From assembly GCA_951406725.2 (NCBI GenBank), contig OX597818.1, positions 9,052,001 through 9,116,000 of the forward strand: a stretch of DNA of 64,000 bases, in the 5' to 3' direction. How positions within the stretch are numbered: the first letter of the stretch is position 1; each line of letters begins with the position of its first letter. The notes beneath the pieces were generated by a model. It saw nothing but the letters and a program-made list of their open reading frames with translations, made no database searches and was not told the DNA's origin. Origin of the DNA: Octopus vulgaris (lineage: Eukaryota). A program made the translations under genes and the position numbers. Shown one piece after another: positions 39,546-53,478 of this stretch.

Positions 39546-41899
39546 CTATATATATATATATAAGAAAGAGATAATCCCCCAAAAGTTGTTATATACATAT
39601 ACACGCATCATCTTCTTTATCTTCCGCGATTGCTGGATGTGTGCTTGTGGGAACCTTGCTAGGTTGTCTTCCCATAGTAATAAAACAGCCATCCACTTTG
39701 CATGTAGGCAACAATCAATGCAGGTTTGGAGAGGTTCCAAATAATTCACGGACTTATCTCGCACGCAAAGACTACCTTTTACCGCAGTATACAATGTGCT
39801 TTCTGAGATTCAGGTCATTAACAAAATAATTCCTCTTCGATATTCCACGATACAGTTATTAGTACTGAAATAGGATGAGCATATATAACGATTGGCACAT
39901 TTGAGCTTCTTCCGATAATGGAATAGAATGGTTTCTGATTGACGTTTCAACCATGTAATATTTAACTTTGGAACTTCAAACATACGGTCTTAGATCAAGT
40001 ATATGATCAATCAAGTACGAGTTTTAAACATACAAATATAACCACATACATGCGTACATACACATGTGTGTGTATGTGTGTGTGTGTGTGTGTATTCTCA
40101 TTTGTTTATAATTTTACATGCGCATGTGTCTATATAAAGATATAGGATGTGTCAAGGATTTTCAGATTCACCATTATTCATAGACGTTTTAACAACAAAT
40201 GCAAGTTGTACACCGCTAAACTATGTTCGTTAGTAGAAAAAAAGAGGATAAGATAGATATTTGCTATTTGTAAACCCCATCTAACGTTATTATTGCTACA
40301 AGAATGGCAATATAAAATATAGGCGGATTTTCTGTCACACCTTGTTTGTGCGAGTGTGTGTATTCTTCTATACTTATGCATACATATACACATATGTATA
40401 TGTGTGTGTATATGCATGCATGTGGTTAAACACACATGTATGTAGTTAAACATATACTCGTCATGAGTGTGCGTGTGTATATATTTGTATATATATATAT
40501 ATGCGTGTGTGAGTGTGTATATATATATATATATGTATATGTATATATATATATGTATATATATATTTATATATATACTTATATATATATTGAGACTTAC
40601 ATACATATATATACATATGCATGTCTATCTGTATATATAACTAAATATTTACATGTGTGTGTGTATGTGTGTACGTATATGTATGTATTTGTATGCATAT
40701 ATAAATACATACGAATATACATATATACCTATGTACATACAAGCATATGTCAATCTACAGAGAATTGAACAGAAGGTAGAAACAAGGCATTTTGAGTCAA
40801 GCGAATCGAAATATGACCTATAGTTGCTTTCTAAATAATCTGATCTTCTTTCTGAACGTACATGTAGCTTAAAAGGTCACCATGCGAATGAAAACTATCT
40901 TTATATCACAGTTTCGAAGATTCTATATGACAGTTAAATTGCCACCGACAAATCGGTCTGAAGTAGTAGAAGGACAATTCTAAAATCAAGGAAAGGTCAT
41001 AGTGAGGAGAAAACTTGGTTTTGCGTCAACTGATATCTAGTTAAAGTTAAAGTGGTTGTCGTGTCTTCCCGTTTCTGCTAAACTATATAGATATTGCAAA
41101 CCAAGAGCGGAAAAGGAAACTACTTCCCTTTAGCATTATGAAATAAAACACGGAGAAATTTTAACTGACATTCTTCTTAATTCCCAATTACCTATTAAAC
41201 AATCACATAAAAAAACACAAACAGAAATGCCCAAATTTAAACATTAAAAGCTGTAATTTTTTCTTTTTTAGTTTCTATATTCCTATTTCCATTATAATAA
41301 TTACTATAATTATTATCATCAATGCTGTTGTTGCTGTATTGTTATTATTGATGTTGTTATTTTCGTAAGCAAGAAACCTCATTTTGGAATTTGTAAGAAT
41401 TTATTGTCTGATGTTGTTGGGAGGACGCTTATTTCTATTTTGTGCTGTTCTTTTATTAAGTCAACCAATATTCAGTGAGTCTCGTGAAATATTCGTCTCT
41501 TCGGGGAGGAATGTGCTGCATTTTCTTTATTATATCCTCACTTCCTTAATATTATAAAGAGAGCATGTCTTTCGAAAATTATGAAGAAAGCAGCAAAATG
41601 TCAGAGGAATCGGATCACAACCTGGGAGAGCCTTTCTGATAAAGCCTTCAAATTTTGTGAAAGGCTCCACCATCACCACCATGAACACCATTGCTACCAT
41701 TAGTGCCCATCAAAACAAAATTAAACAGCAATAAAGTGAATGTAAAGAACAATAGCAATAACACAATGACAAGGAAAATAATAACAACGAAAGATAAACA
41801 ACTACTACAAAAATGAGAACATTCAACAAAAACAAAACAATGCATTGACCTTTCAACACACCTGCACGTTCCACGTCTTCCCATCCACTTCCATCAAAG

Positions 41900-44150
41900 C
41901 AAACGCAAATGCAAAGAAAAAGAAAGAAAAAATTATCGATGAATTGCTAATCGAGCGTTTGTGAGTTCTTCAACGCCGTAAGCTCATTAGAAAAAGAAAT
42001 TATTTCATCGTCGGAAGAATTATAAACGTGAATGCGCAGAATATACCGGAATCTATTCGGCAAGAAACCAAACTCAAAGCTAGGGTATACAAGATATTAG
42101 CAGCAAACTGTAGGGAAGTAGAACAGGTCACATAGCAGCAAAGAGAAAAGTGCCTTAGACCAAACTGGGGTACAAAACGTACGTCACTAGGTGGAGAGGA
42201 AGATAAAATTGAGATTCTCTAAAGTAGACGAGGCCAGGAAAGATTCTACAACAAGTATAAATTAATCTGATTTGGTATTAATATTGTAGAAATAATAAAT
42301 ATGTACTGTTTAGCACAATCTGACCTTACAGCACATAGGATGAAACTAATACTCTACAGCTCCAAAAGCTGCACAAACAAATTTGGTCCGGCCAAAGTAT
42401 AAAGTTATTAATGCATCACGAAAACGACACTGACCTAATCAATCTGACGGACGACATAACTCTATACCATCCAAGAAGTATCAATTCACAATAACCTCAT
42501 CTTCATTCAATAAATACACCATAAAGTGAATGGATGCAGAACCTACCATGTGTAGGGACTTAAGCAATTTGGAACATTGAAAATCTATTGATTGGTACAA
42601 CCAACAATAGGGTGAACCGGATGTGGTCTCATCTTCTACGGTTGGAGTCGCGTAATTATATCGTGTCATCGGCTAGATGGTTTGTATGAATGGTCAACTA
42701 TTGGAACCATTCAGTATCATGAACACGGTGAGACAAGGTTTACCTTCTGTTTTTATGTACTAATTTTGAAAGAGAAATAAATGCTGAGAGGCATATTGCG
42801 GATCCTAATATGTGGAAGACAGGTATCGACATACGCAGACAAAGTCACCGCCATAGTGTCGAAACGGCAAGCATATCGATGTAATCAGCAGTGTGTTTAG
42901 TGACTACGAGGCGAATACCGGACGAAAAATCACAAACGAAAACTCATAAGGGCTGCAGTTCGGTAAACATGTCCAGCAGCACTCTTGGGTGAACTAATTG
43001 AATTAACTTGATATGCTGTTTGGTTCAGACCTACAAGTGGAGAAGAACTGGGAATAAGTGGCGAACATGGTGCACAGTTTTATACAGAAATGGCCGAGAG
43101 AGAACTATTCCAGAAAGATGAAGCAGAGGAGGTGACGGCTTAGTTTACCTCCGTCTCCTAATACAGCATAACTGCATTGACTCGAATCATTTGACAAATA
43201 TACAGACAGGAGTGCATACTCTTCGACTTTCATTAGTTGTGCCGCGTCACATTAATCAAACGCTCTACTCGTAAACTGAGTGGAGGACTAGACAGGCTTT
43301 GGTTGATAATGCGAAGTCTTGCGGTGAATCTGCAACAACGCAAGTGTTGCCTTGCTGGCGAGCAGAGCGATCACCATTTATCACTTTTCAGTAGTTCATC
43401 ATTTTTATTAATCTGCAGACCTGGATCAATCGTAGATCGAAGTAGGGCGACTAATACTAGAGTTTCAATAAAGGCTCCAACTCCTCGGCCAGTCAGGCAA
43501 TGAGGCCGTTGGAATTTCCACTTTGTCACTCTGTAGAGGGTTCGTGCTCAGCGAGAGCGACGATGTTTTGGAGGGTCTCTGGATATTGGTCCTAATCAGC
43601 TGGCCTGTCTGTTCTAAATTACTTTTGGGCTGGTACCTACAGATGGCTTCCTTGAAAACTTGGCAAAGCTACCGGTTGTGGAGTGGCTATTACCAGTTGA
43701 GGTACAATTTACCGGCATAGAAGTGCCTTCAACTAGGCCTCTCCAGATGCGAAGTAGGGCGACGAAATTGGTCTGTACGTACCCGTCCCGGGCCGGAGCG
43801 TTTCTGTCTTACGGTGTTGTACTGTTATGTATGGCACAAATCCAGCTATCAAATACGTCCACTGAAAAAATCGTCTCGCCGCCTATATTCAGCTCGACGG
43901 AGACACACTTTTATTTGTTTCATTACTATAGAAAAGACAGGTGTGTGATGCACCAGACTGAAAGTGTTGAAAACAGATACTTTCATTTTTCGACGCTAAT
44001 TTTGCTTCGAGGGAAATTGAATGAGGAAAAGTAAGTGATTCCATCCAGTATATTTATTGAAAGTTGGATGAAAGTGTAGTGTATGAACTCTCTCCATTTT
44101 CAAATATTATTTCTTAAATATTTTATTTCTTTCTCTATTTTTGTCTTTTT
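41900..44150 (+). mobile_element. degenerate L1/Tx1-clade LINE (RT region)
   Basis: MNGQLLEPFSIMNTVRQG, VSTYADKVT (YADD motif), DYEANTG and FGSDLQVEKNW; heavily disrupted; boundaries approximate. Confidence 0.7.
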
Positions 44151-44263
44151 ACAATTTACATTTTTGTATGCAATTCCACATTGTATGATACCGTCCCAAC
44201 CTGCCTCTGTATTTTTGCAAAGTTTTAGTGGTTAATAAAGAAATTATCATTATTCTTACAACT

Positions 44264-44265
44264 AT

Positions 44266-44306
<41 letters not shown>

Positions 44307-44337
44307 AACTAATAATAATAATAATAATAATAATAAC

Positions 44338-44385
<48 letters not shown>

Positions 44386-44390
44386 AATAC
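44264..44390. repeat. (CTA)n/(ATA)n microsatellite
   Basis: Directly visible. Confidence 0.95.
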
Positions 44391-44391
44391 T

Positions 44392-44608
44392 AAGGTGGCG
44401 AGCTGACAAAATCGTTAGAACGCCTGGCGAAGCGGTTGGCAGTATTTCGGCTGTCTTTACGATCTGAGTTCAAATTTCACCGAGATCGACTTCACCTTTG
44501 CCTTTTATCCTTTCAGGGTCGATGAATTAAGCATTAGTTGAGTACTGAGGTCGATGTAATCGTCTACGTCCATTGCTACAAATTCAAGGTTTTGTGCCTT
44601 CAGTAGAA
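44392..44608 (+). mobile_element. tRNA-derived SINE (second family) followed by (TTA)n
   Basis: AAGGTGGCGAGCTG...GAGTTCAAATTTCACCGAG...ATCCTTTCAGGGTCGAT is homologous to the reverse complement of 15669-15901. Confidence 0.8.
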
Positions 44609-44675
<67 letters not shown>

Positions 44676-44681
44676 TTATTA

Positions 44682-44858
44682 TTGAGTGAGAGAGCAGTGC
44701 ATGCTATCAAAGTGACACTAGGGTAAAATATACGAAGCCCAGTATACCCATCATGACTACCTGTCTGATAAGGGTACACCAGGCACATGCATCACAACCA
44801 TATATGCGTGACATGGTGATCACATACCAAGATAAACAGCGCATGACGTTGCAGGTGA
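44682..44858 (-). mobile_element. (TAA)n-tailed unclassified repeat, short copy
   Basis: Near-identical to 49421-49595; adjacent to (TTA)n. Confidence 0.75.
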
Positions 44859-46559
44859 TCCTCAACTACAACACATTTTCAGCCATGGCTGAGAAAGGTA
44901 GATAGCGGCACTGGATGGATATCCTACATGCAGATATGTGTCTGGCCCAATCAGCCAAACTGATAAGGCTTGGAAAAAGCATGAGTTTTAGCAGTGACAC
45001 AGACAAAATTTATAAATATGTTTCTATAAATACCACGCGGCCGGATACGTTAGTCAGCCAGATGTGAAGAGTGCGACGAAAGAGATAATGCCTGGCATTC
45101 AACATATCTCGGGTGCAGGCATTTCTGTGATTTGAAGACTGAAGCTCTGGCTGCCAAACATTCCTTGGATCCCTGACGGAGAGAAGAGTATGTGCTCTAT
45201 CCATCGTTTTCATGGAAGCGCAAGGTGAAGTTAAATATCTCAGGAATTTCACCGAGATAAATTTACGTAAGATTTGAAGGAGTATCGTTTTGGAAGGGTT
45301 TAAGGGAGACGGAGAGCGGTGGGAAGATGGAGAGTTTCGTAGGAAGAAACCATGTGTGTTGTTGATGTTCGGTTGGCACAAAGTAGTAGCCTCCTGGATG
45401 TGAAGCGGACTCATCGAGAATTACTACTCTACATTAAACCAGATACCATTCACAAGATAGCAGATTTCATTCGTCTTCCATGAAGAGAAAGGCCTACATG
45501 AAACGGGTGATGGTAGAAAACCACAAAGTCACCTGAGTGGGAAAACATGATATTTGAGAGCTTTCTGACCGCAACAGAAGACAGAGCACAATAGAAACCC
45601 ATTTACTACCAAACCATGTCTCCAAAAGCCTCAAAAACTAAACCAGCAATAATCAACAATAAAGCGGCAAAACCCCCCTAAACAATGTCATCATCAACCA
45701 CAGGAACAATAAAATCAGAAAACGGTGGGAAACACCTCCACCAGCAACAACGGCAACACGAGAATTACCAACAACACCAACAATATTGGCGGCAATGCAT
45801 CACCACCACCTTCAACGGAAGAAACGAACACCTACAACACAAAGGGGATCTTCCTATGAAACTCTCCTCCCCCCCCCCCCGCTTTACGTCTACCCCTAAG
45901 TTCACATACACACATCGACTCCCAATCCGATGAGACATATACGCATACATCTTCCTCTCTCCGTGAAAAAGTAAGTGAGCACCCAAACACACAAAAAGAA
46001 ACAAAAATAAAACAATAAAACGTCATATACCACACCAACACACTTGCAACTTCCGCAGACATCACAATCGTCAACGCATCTGCAGCTTTCTCCAGCAGCT
46101 CAACCAACACTATCACCCTCAACAGCATCAACCATCCACACAAACACAAAACTTCTTCCTAGTGAGGAGAGCCAACAAAAAATTGATGGCCCAAATAGCA
46201 CGAAGGAAGAACATCGAGAGAAAGCGTGAGCTCTTTGGGATCGGCATCCTTAAAGTACCAGAATAGTGGATGATGGTGTGAATACTTCTGGAAACATATA
46301 AATGTAAAAGGCACAAGTAGGCTTTTTTACAGAGTTTGTAAAGTAATCCCTACAATTTATATATGATGAACCATTTGACAACCAGCGGCACAAGGTGAAT
46401 AAATAGAACCCGTTTGTTTTTTCTCCAGATACTTACCGGTCCTTAAGTAGGGTGTATAAATGTTCTTTGTCTGGGTTTCCTCTGGAAGCATAGCTGCCTG
46501 CTCAACATCTCAGATCACTGTCTAAGAATGTTTTAATGGGCAATGGAATGTCATCTTGG

Positions 46560-48308
46560 ATGCACGCCTTGATTGGCAGGTGTTATCCCAAATAGATCTA
46601 TGTAAAACTTCCACTACAGGCATTACATGATAGAGAAGGAGATGGCATCGATTGGAACCTTGACCAATGTGGATCAATCAAAGCATTTTTGATAGGATCG
46701 ACTACCAATACGTGGGGGGTTGTCCTCTATGCGACCAGTTTCGTCGCATTTTCAGAGGTTAGATCGCTGCAATGTACATCGCCATCTATTCGGTAGTAAA
46801 ACGAAGTGGGTACCTATAGGAATCGTTTAGTATCGCACATTCAGTCCACTCTCACCCTTACTGCATGTATTGGACTCGAGCCATTGGTACGGAAGCTGGA
46901 TGTTTCGACGAGCATCCCTTCAGTCCTGAGATGCAGTAGGTTTCTATTGGCTTATGCAGACGATGTCAAATTAATATTGTATGACATCTAGGAGCTCGAG
47001 ATAATCGGCACTTCCCTAAGAGTATGAAACAGCAACATTTGAAAGCATTAATCTGGAGAAGTTCGTGGACCTGCAGCTCGATACCTAGAGCTCTATGCCT
47101 CGGAGCAGTGTCGTAGGGTGATGGTGGTGAAATGAAGAGTAGGGTGGCCCGTTTCACCCAGAAATATGCAGAGATGATGCTGCCCTGAAAGGCTGGGTAA
47201 AGATGGTAAATGCGTACATCGCTTCTACCATTTACTACCGCCTGACCATCATCCCTTGGGCTACTTTGTGGCGTGTCAACTTCTATTTTCTATGGAAGGA
47301 ACGTCTTACATTTGCTGTTATCAACCACTGAGTAGAGGACTGATCATGCTGCATCTAATAATGATCGCAGACATGCTCTGAGGCTGTAACATATCTAGCG
47401 TTTCCTTAACATTAATCAGGTGTGGTCACTGTTTGTCCGACGGAATTTTGTCCGACGGAATTTTCCGCAACTTATCTCATTTACGGAGCTACAGTTGTTA
47501 ATCAAGTCTAGACTGAAAATGAGTGCTCGGCATCTGGAGTGTCGACAAGTGCTCGTAGCCTACAGGCAGTTGGGCAATGTAGTCGTTGAAAGTTCTACAT
47601 TTCTACATTGGAGTTCTACAGGGGCTTTGTGGCAGACAATGGCGACGACGTCCTCGGAGAAAGTCTGGGTGTCGGAAGGTATCAATTAACTGGTCTTTTA
47701 CGAAAGACTTTTGGAACGGGACCTATGGTTAATTTCTGGAATTCTTTAACGTGGCAGTGTTACCAGGGAGCCCTGCCGGTTTGAGACAAACTCTACAACC
47801 ATGGAAGTGCAGTCAGAATGACATGGCTGATATGTGCGCAGGTGATGAAATCTTTCTACATGCATTCGTCCTGTGTCCGTGTATTGGTAACACGAGGAGC
47901 TTTGTCGAACAGGTGTTGACTCGGAGATGACTGATCCGAAGATCAGTGAAGATCATCGTGCGGATCACCCTACCGCCTTATTGTGGTCTGGAAAGGAAGG
48001 CAGTTTTCTTCTGGCTGGTGGCTATGGCTAAACATGTAGTTTAGTGGATGAGGTTGAATGAATTGAAGACCGATAGTTTCCTCTTCAACCAAACACTCAT
48101 TGATATTAACAATTTAAATTTCAAAAAGAAACTGAGGTATGTTCGAGGTATATGGAGTTCCTTGCTTGCCTCACTTTTGGGGAATTTTATTGATAATAGT
48201 TGTTTTTTACACATTAGACGCACTATATTCAAATTCCTGCTGTCTCTTGTCTCTTGTCTTATATCGTCCTTTGTTTTTGTGTTCATCCCTTGTGGCCAAT
48301 AAAAAAAC
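46560..48308 (+). mobile_element. second degenerate L1/Tx1-clade LINE (RT to 3' end)
   Basis: NVDQSKAF(D)RIDYQY, LAYADDV and a C-terminal WLVAMAKHVV; ends with AATAAAAAAA at about 48298-48307. Confidence 0.7.
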
Positions 48309-48365
48309 CGGTTATGTTTGTTGTTGTTGTTATTATTATCATTATTATTATTATTATTATTATTA

Positions 48366-49405
48366 TATGAAAACTCACGCTTTATTTTGCGGAGTATGAT
48401 GGGATGTGTCACCTGTCCACAGACAGCAGACTTAGGTGATACTTGTTTACTGGTCATGCTTGAAGAACCTTGCAAAGAATTCTTGCAGTTCCAAGCAATG
48501 CTGATTTTTGTTGGTGTCTACCTTCACTCTTGTACCGATCATGTCCTCTTTCCTATGTCTGTTCAGGTGATCGCACTGCATCATTACACCTCACAGGATT
48601 TTGCAGTTCTTATTTTCGGTGACTCCATCTGGGGTTTGTTCATACAACGCCTTTGCTCTTTGTAGGCCGTGATTTCCACAAGGCTCCCAGTGGCGCCGTT
48701 TGTATTCGCGTTGTGCCAGTTGCTAACGATGTGCCATACCGTTCACCCCCCCTCACCACAAATTCTGCAATTTTCGCTATCGGTAGTGTTCTGCACTTCA
48801 TATAATTGGTCCTTAACGCTTTTTCCTGAGTTGCGCATATAAGTGCTTCTGTTTCTATCTTGATGTCTCTCCTCCTCATCCATAGCCACCCGTCCGTTTT
48901 AACTGTATTGATGTTCAAATTTCTTGGAAACTGACCGTACATTTTGTCTCTATGATTTTTTTTTGTTTTTGTTTTTGTCCATTTCTTGTTTAAATTTTTC
49001 TTTAGTTACCCAATTTTCAGTTTTGATGACGCCAGCCTTTTCGTGTGTTTCAACAGTGGCTCCACGACATTTTTATAAACTACCCTAGGCTGTTTTTCTC
49101 TGCTTCCATACAGTCCTGGTAACTGATCAAAACTCACTCACCCTTTCTTCTGGACAAGTACAGCCTATTGGTGCCAATCTTAGGGTGGAAGGCTCCGTCT
49201 ACCATCAATGTTTTTCTGGTCTTGGTGTCTATTTTCTTCAGTTCTCTCTTTTGCCATTTTATGACTCCCGCTCCACACCGAAGTAATGCAATCGCTCACG
49301 TGTTATCTGCTTGGATTTTACTCCATCTAGTCAATTTTGAGTGCAGCACCAACGTCAATCTTCGGAGATACTCGATCCTCATTTGTTCTTTCATTTCCAA
49401 TTCAT
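48366..49405 (-). mobile_element. R4/Dong-like LINE fragment (RT C-terminus to RLE)
   Basis: MYGQFPR...WLWMRR...ETEALICATQEKALRTN, decayed CCHC, and a terminal LLGTARILCKVLQ-like segment; flanked by (TAA)n. Confidence 0.75.
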
Positions 49406-49420
49406 ATATTATTATTATTA

Positions 49421-49971
49421 TTGAGTGAGAGAGCAGTCCATGCCATCAAAGTAACACTGGGGTAATATATACGAAGCCCAGTATACCCATCATGACTACC
49501 CGTATGATAAGGGTACACCAGGCACATGCATCACAAACATATGTGCGCGAAATGAAGATCTCATATCAAGATAAACAGCACATGACCTTGCAGATGGGGC
49601 CCAGTTAGAATTTTCTTCTGGTCGAGTAGCTCATCTCGCGCAAAAGGTCCCTGAATAAGGGTTGTTTAAGGATGTTGAACGAAACACCCATGTTTCCAGA
49701 GGTGAACTATTCAAACCACAAAGAATCCTTCTCAATACATGGCTATGACGCTCCCCCACTACTTCTGCTCGTGATCAGAGATGCATATATCGTCAGCTGC
49801 TAAGGGAAATGCTCAATTGGTTAAGGTCAAACAACTGACAAGCAAATTTGTGGTATTGAGCAGAATATTTGCTGTTAGCCCATCTTTTATGCCATTACAA
49901 AACAATATACATGATAAGACTTCCAGTCAGTTAAGATCAGAAGCCACGAGAGCCACAACATGCATCAGGGC

Positions 49972-49972
<1 letters not shown>
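49421..49972 (-). mobile_element. (TAA)n-flanked non-coding repeat, long copy (possible non-autonomous Dong partner)
   Basis: Shares its 3' 175 bp with 44682-44858; (TTA)n on both sides; no ORF. Confidence 0.65.
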
Positions 49973-50010
<38 letters not shown>

Positions 50011-50012
50011 CC

Positions 50013-50049
<37 letters not shown>

Positions 50050-50051
50050 CC

Positions 50052-50128
<77 letters not shown>
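49973..50128. repeat. (TTA)n microsatellite
   Basis: Directly visible. Confidence 0.95.
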
Positions 50129-50129
<1 letters not shown>

Positions 50130-50131
<2 letters not shown>

Positions 50132-50689
50132 TAGTTTTATTTTTATTTTTTTATAGCGTGCTTTCACTTCACTACCGAGCGCAGCTCTGTGTGCCTTGGG
50201 TATGTGCTGTGATTTGTTGTGATGCTCTGATGGTTATTGTATGGAAAGTGTTCTGCGTAGGATGTGGGCAGTGCCTAGTAGTGCAATTTTCTGTATGTTA
50301 TATGTGTTTGTAAGTCCTGGTGTTTTTGTTATGTATTTGTCTGAATATTTTTTTATCATGCCTAATGCACCTACTATGATAGGAATTGTTTCTGTTTTCA
50401 GATTCCACATTCTAGTTACCTCTATTTCCAGGTCTTTGTATTTTGAGAGTTTCTCCATTTCTTTTAGAGACACGTTGTCATCTGCCGGTATTGATACATC
50501 AATTAAAAAGCATTTTTTTCTTCATGATCTCTGACAACTATATCTGGTCTGTTGGCCTTAATTTCTCTATCTGTGTGTATCGGCATATCCCAGAGTATGG
50601 TTGCTTTCTCGTTTTCTGTGACCTTTTCTGGTGTGTGCCTATACCATCTTTTTCTATTGTTATTCCATAATGTTGGCATAATGTTGGCA

Positions 50690-50690
<1 letters not shown>
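50130..50690 (-). mobile_element. R4/Dong-like LINE 3' end with restriction-like endonuclease domain
   Basis: ILWDMPIHTDREIKANRPDIVVRDHEEKKCFLIDVSIP...EKLSKYKDLEIEVTRMW...PIIVGALG...QKIALLGTAHILRRTL (PD..D..KY RLE signature); embedded in (TAA)n. Confidence 0.9.
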
Positions 50691-50720
<30 letters not shown>

Positions 50721-50740
50721 GTTATTATTATTATTATTAC

Positions 50741-50820
<80 letters not shown>
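50690..50820. repeat. (TTA)n microsatellite
   Basis: Directly visible. Confidence 0.95.
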
Positions 50821-53363
50821 GCTTTTCTGTTTCTTATCAACTGCTTCCAGTATATTACAATTTGATTCAGAAGAAATCTAATAATAAATGTATATGATAA
50901 AGATATGTTATCTTCTCATTTGGTTTTGCATAGCAGCAACCAAAAAGACCGACTCCCATTTAAAACATTTCAAGGGTGATTCTTCCATCCGTTAAGAAAT
51001 TCATAAGAGAATGGTAACTCCTTTTCCTACGACTGTGGTAATATATTTTGAAGAGAATATATTTTGAAGAGTATTAAGCTGGTCTTCATGAAATGTATAA
51101 CTGTATTCGTTGCCCCTCTTTTCTTCCAATTATTTTCATTGCTGTTTTGTAGTCTTCATATCTACCCTGGAAGTGTGGAGTTGTAATCAAATATAGTTTC
51201 TCCACTCCCTTCACCACTATGCTCTATAGTGCTATATAAGGTTCCGTGTTTTGTGTCACCTTTTCTTTATTTTAGACAACTTGGTGTGATTCAGAGGAGA
51301 TTTTGTGACACTACCAAAGAAACAGTGATATGCATCAAGTTGCAGGGTGGGTTCTACCTCAAACATGATTTATCATATCGGCTTGAATTTGAATACAAAT
51401 AGTGTGATACACAACAAGGATGACTGACCCGGTTTATTATAGTACGTGACAATTACAAAATTTGAATTGTATACTGTTCTGATGTTGGTGCACGAGATCA
51501 TAGATCAAAATACATATTTCCATGTTTTGCCAATGTTTTCGAGTTATACTTGTTGAATGATGTTTTGGGTTGAAATGTCAAATTTTGAATGTCTGCCACA
51601 GCTAAAGGGGACACATTAATTTTCTATAGTAGGAAGATCACACCAATGAGATAACTCTTACGTAGCTGATATACTGTAAGTTGCACATAGATCTTCATCG
51701 AATCACATTTTATTCTCTTTAAGTCGTATGTATTCCTACAACATCGCGATGGTCACGACTGATATATCTTTACTCACGGACCTATCAAACTTAGATTAAC
51801 TGAAAGACTGTGCGAAAATAACAATTTCGAGGTGAAACTAAGCTCTCGAGGTTAACTGCCGCATATATCAGCCAAATTTTTATTAAGTCGCTCTCTGCTG
51901 TTTGTAAAATATAAATAGTAGTGATAATGTAATTATAGATTGACAGACATTCTTAGGTAGTCATGACCGGAATACTTTTAAGTATAGATGTTTTACAGTT
52001 ACGATCTTCCTTGGGTTAAGAAACAGCAACAGAAACATCATAGACCGATTTCTATCATCCACTTAAAGTAAGGTAATCCTTCACAACGGTTGAAAAATTA
52101 ATTATTGCTTACATTTCTTTTTTTTTTTTTGATCCGATAATGTTAATGAAACGGAGTGATTTTCTTCCATCACACCAGGATAAATTCCCAATAACATTGA
52201 TCAATTTCATCACAAGTATGTTTTTAGAACATTATCGTTAGAACATTCATATTAACAATATTATTATCACTGATCTCATAAAATTAACTAACAATGAGTT
52301 TATACCGTAGCTACCGAGAGCTATTTACATTTACCAAGATGTGGTGCCAATTGTCTCTAAATTATCACGGTCTGGAACAACGTGAGATGACATGTCTAGT
52401 CCAATGACACAATGCCCTGCTTGAATCGACCCTACGACTTTGAGTCACGTTTCTTCTCAGTTCCAATATATTGTATACTACACAATCCAAATTACATACG
52501 TACCTCCTCAATACAACTACTATATATTTAGCGCTTTACCAATGTTGGAAATTGTGAGCAAAATTATTAGCACTGACAAAGGCAGAATCATTGAAGGATA
52601 GAAAAATGCAATGGTATTATTTCCAGGATTTTATTTTGTAAATTCAGACCCAGTTGAGGCCAGATTTAGCTGTTATCTCTTCAGGTTCGATGAAATCAAA
52701 TACCTGTAAAATGGTTATATTGATGACAGCTATTAATCTCACACTTCAGAACAGCTGGCTTGGTACCTAATTATAAATTATTATTACCACTTATATTATT
52801 ATTGAAGACAGGCAGTTCAGATTTACTTGTATTACTCTCCGGGCAAGTAACGATTGTTAATTCGATGTCATGCTCAATTATTTCGCAATGAATCATCGTG
52901 AATAGAATATATTTGCCAGAATTTTTCAAATTGTGTGAAACAAGAATCTCAAGTCCCTTCACTGTAATAATCAAATGGAAGAAGACACCTTGTGATCGTT
53001 TACTTTGCCGCAAATAGCAAAATATGAAACGAATTGCTCTCAACCGTATTCAGAAATAAAAGATATACTGGACGCTGTATTCTTCAGTATAAAAATCAGT
53101 ATGGTTATGGTTGGAAAGGCTTTGGTCGTAATAAGGATCTGCTCTTCAGAATTATCTTAGCTATAAATGACAATTGGTCTCTTTCACAAATACGTCTTTA
53201 ATTATGATTCCAATCAATTTCACCGATTGAAATATGCTTAACACCTTAGAATAAGAACCTGGGATGAGATTTATACCCTTGCTTGTTAATGAAAAATTTG
53301 TTAGAAAAGAAGGAAACTACAAGAAAAACAAAAATTGACCTCCGCATAAGTGCATACATCTAA

Positions 53364-53376
53364 ATATATATATGTG

Positions 53377-53475
<99 letters not shown>

Positions 53476-53478
53476 CTG
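53364..53478. repeat. (TA)n/(GT)n microsatellite
   Basis: Directly visible. Confidence 0.95.

Noticed and set aside
39600-39900. Possible CR1/L2 LINE 3' remnant on the minus strand
   Set aside because: Resemblance too weak to support by eye.
44860-46520. GC-richer segment with several 60-134 aa ORFs
   Set aside because: No convincing domain or splice structure; probably decayed LINE ORF1 or low-complexity sequence, left unassigned.
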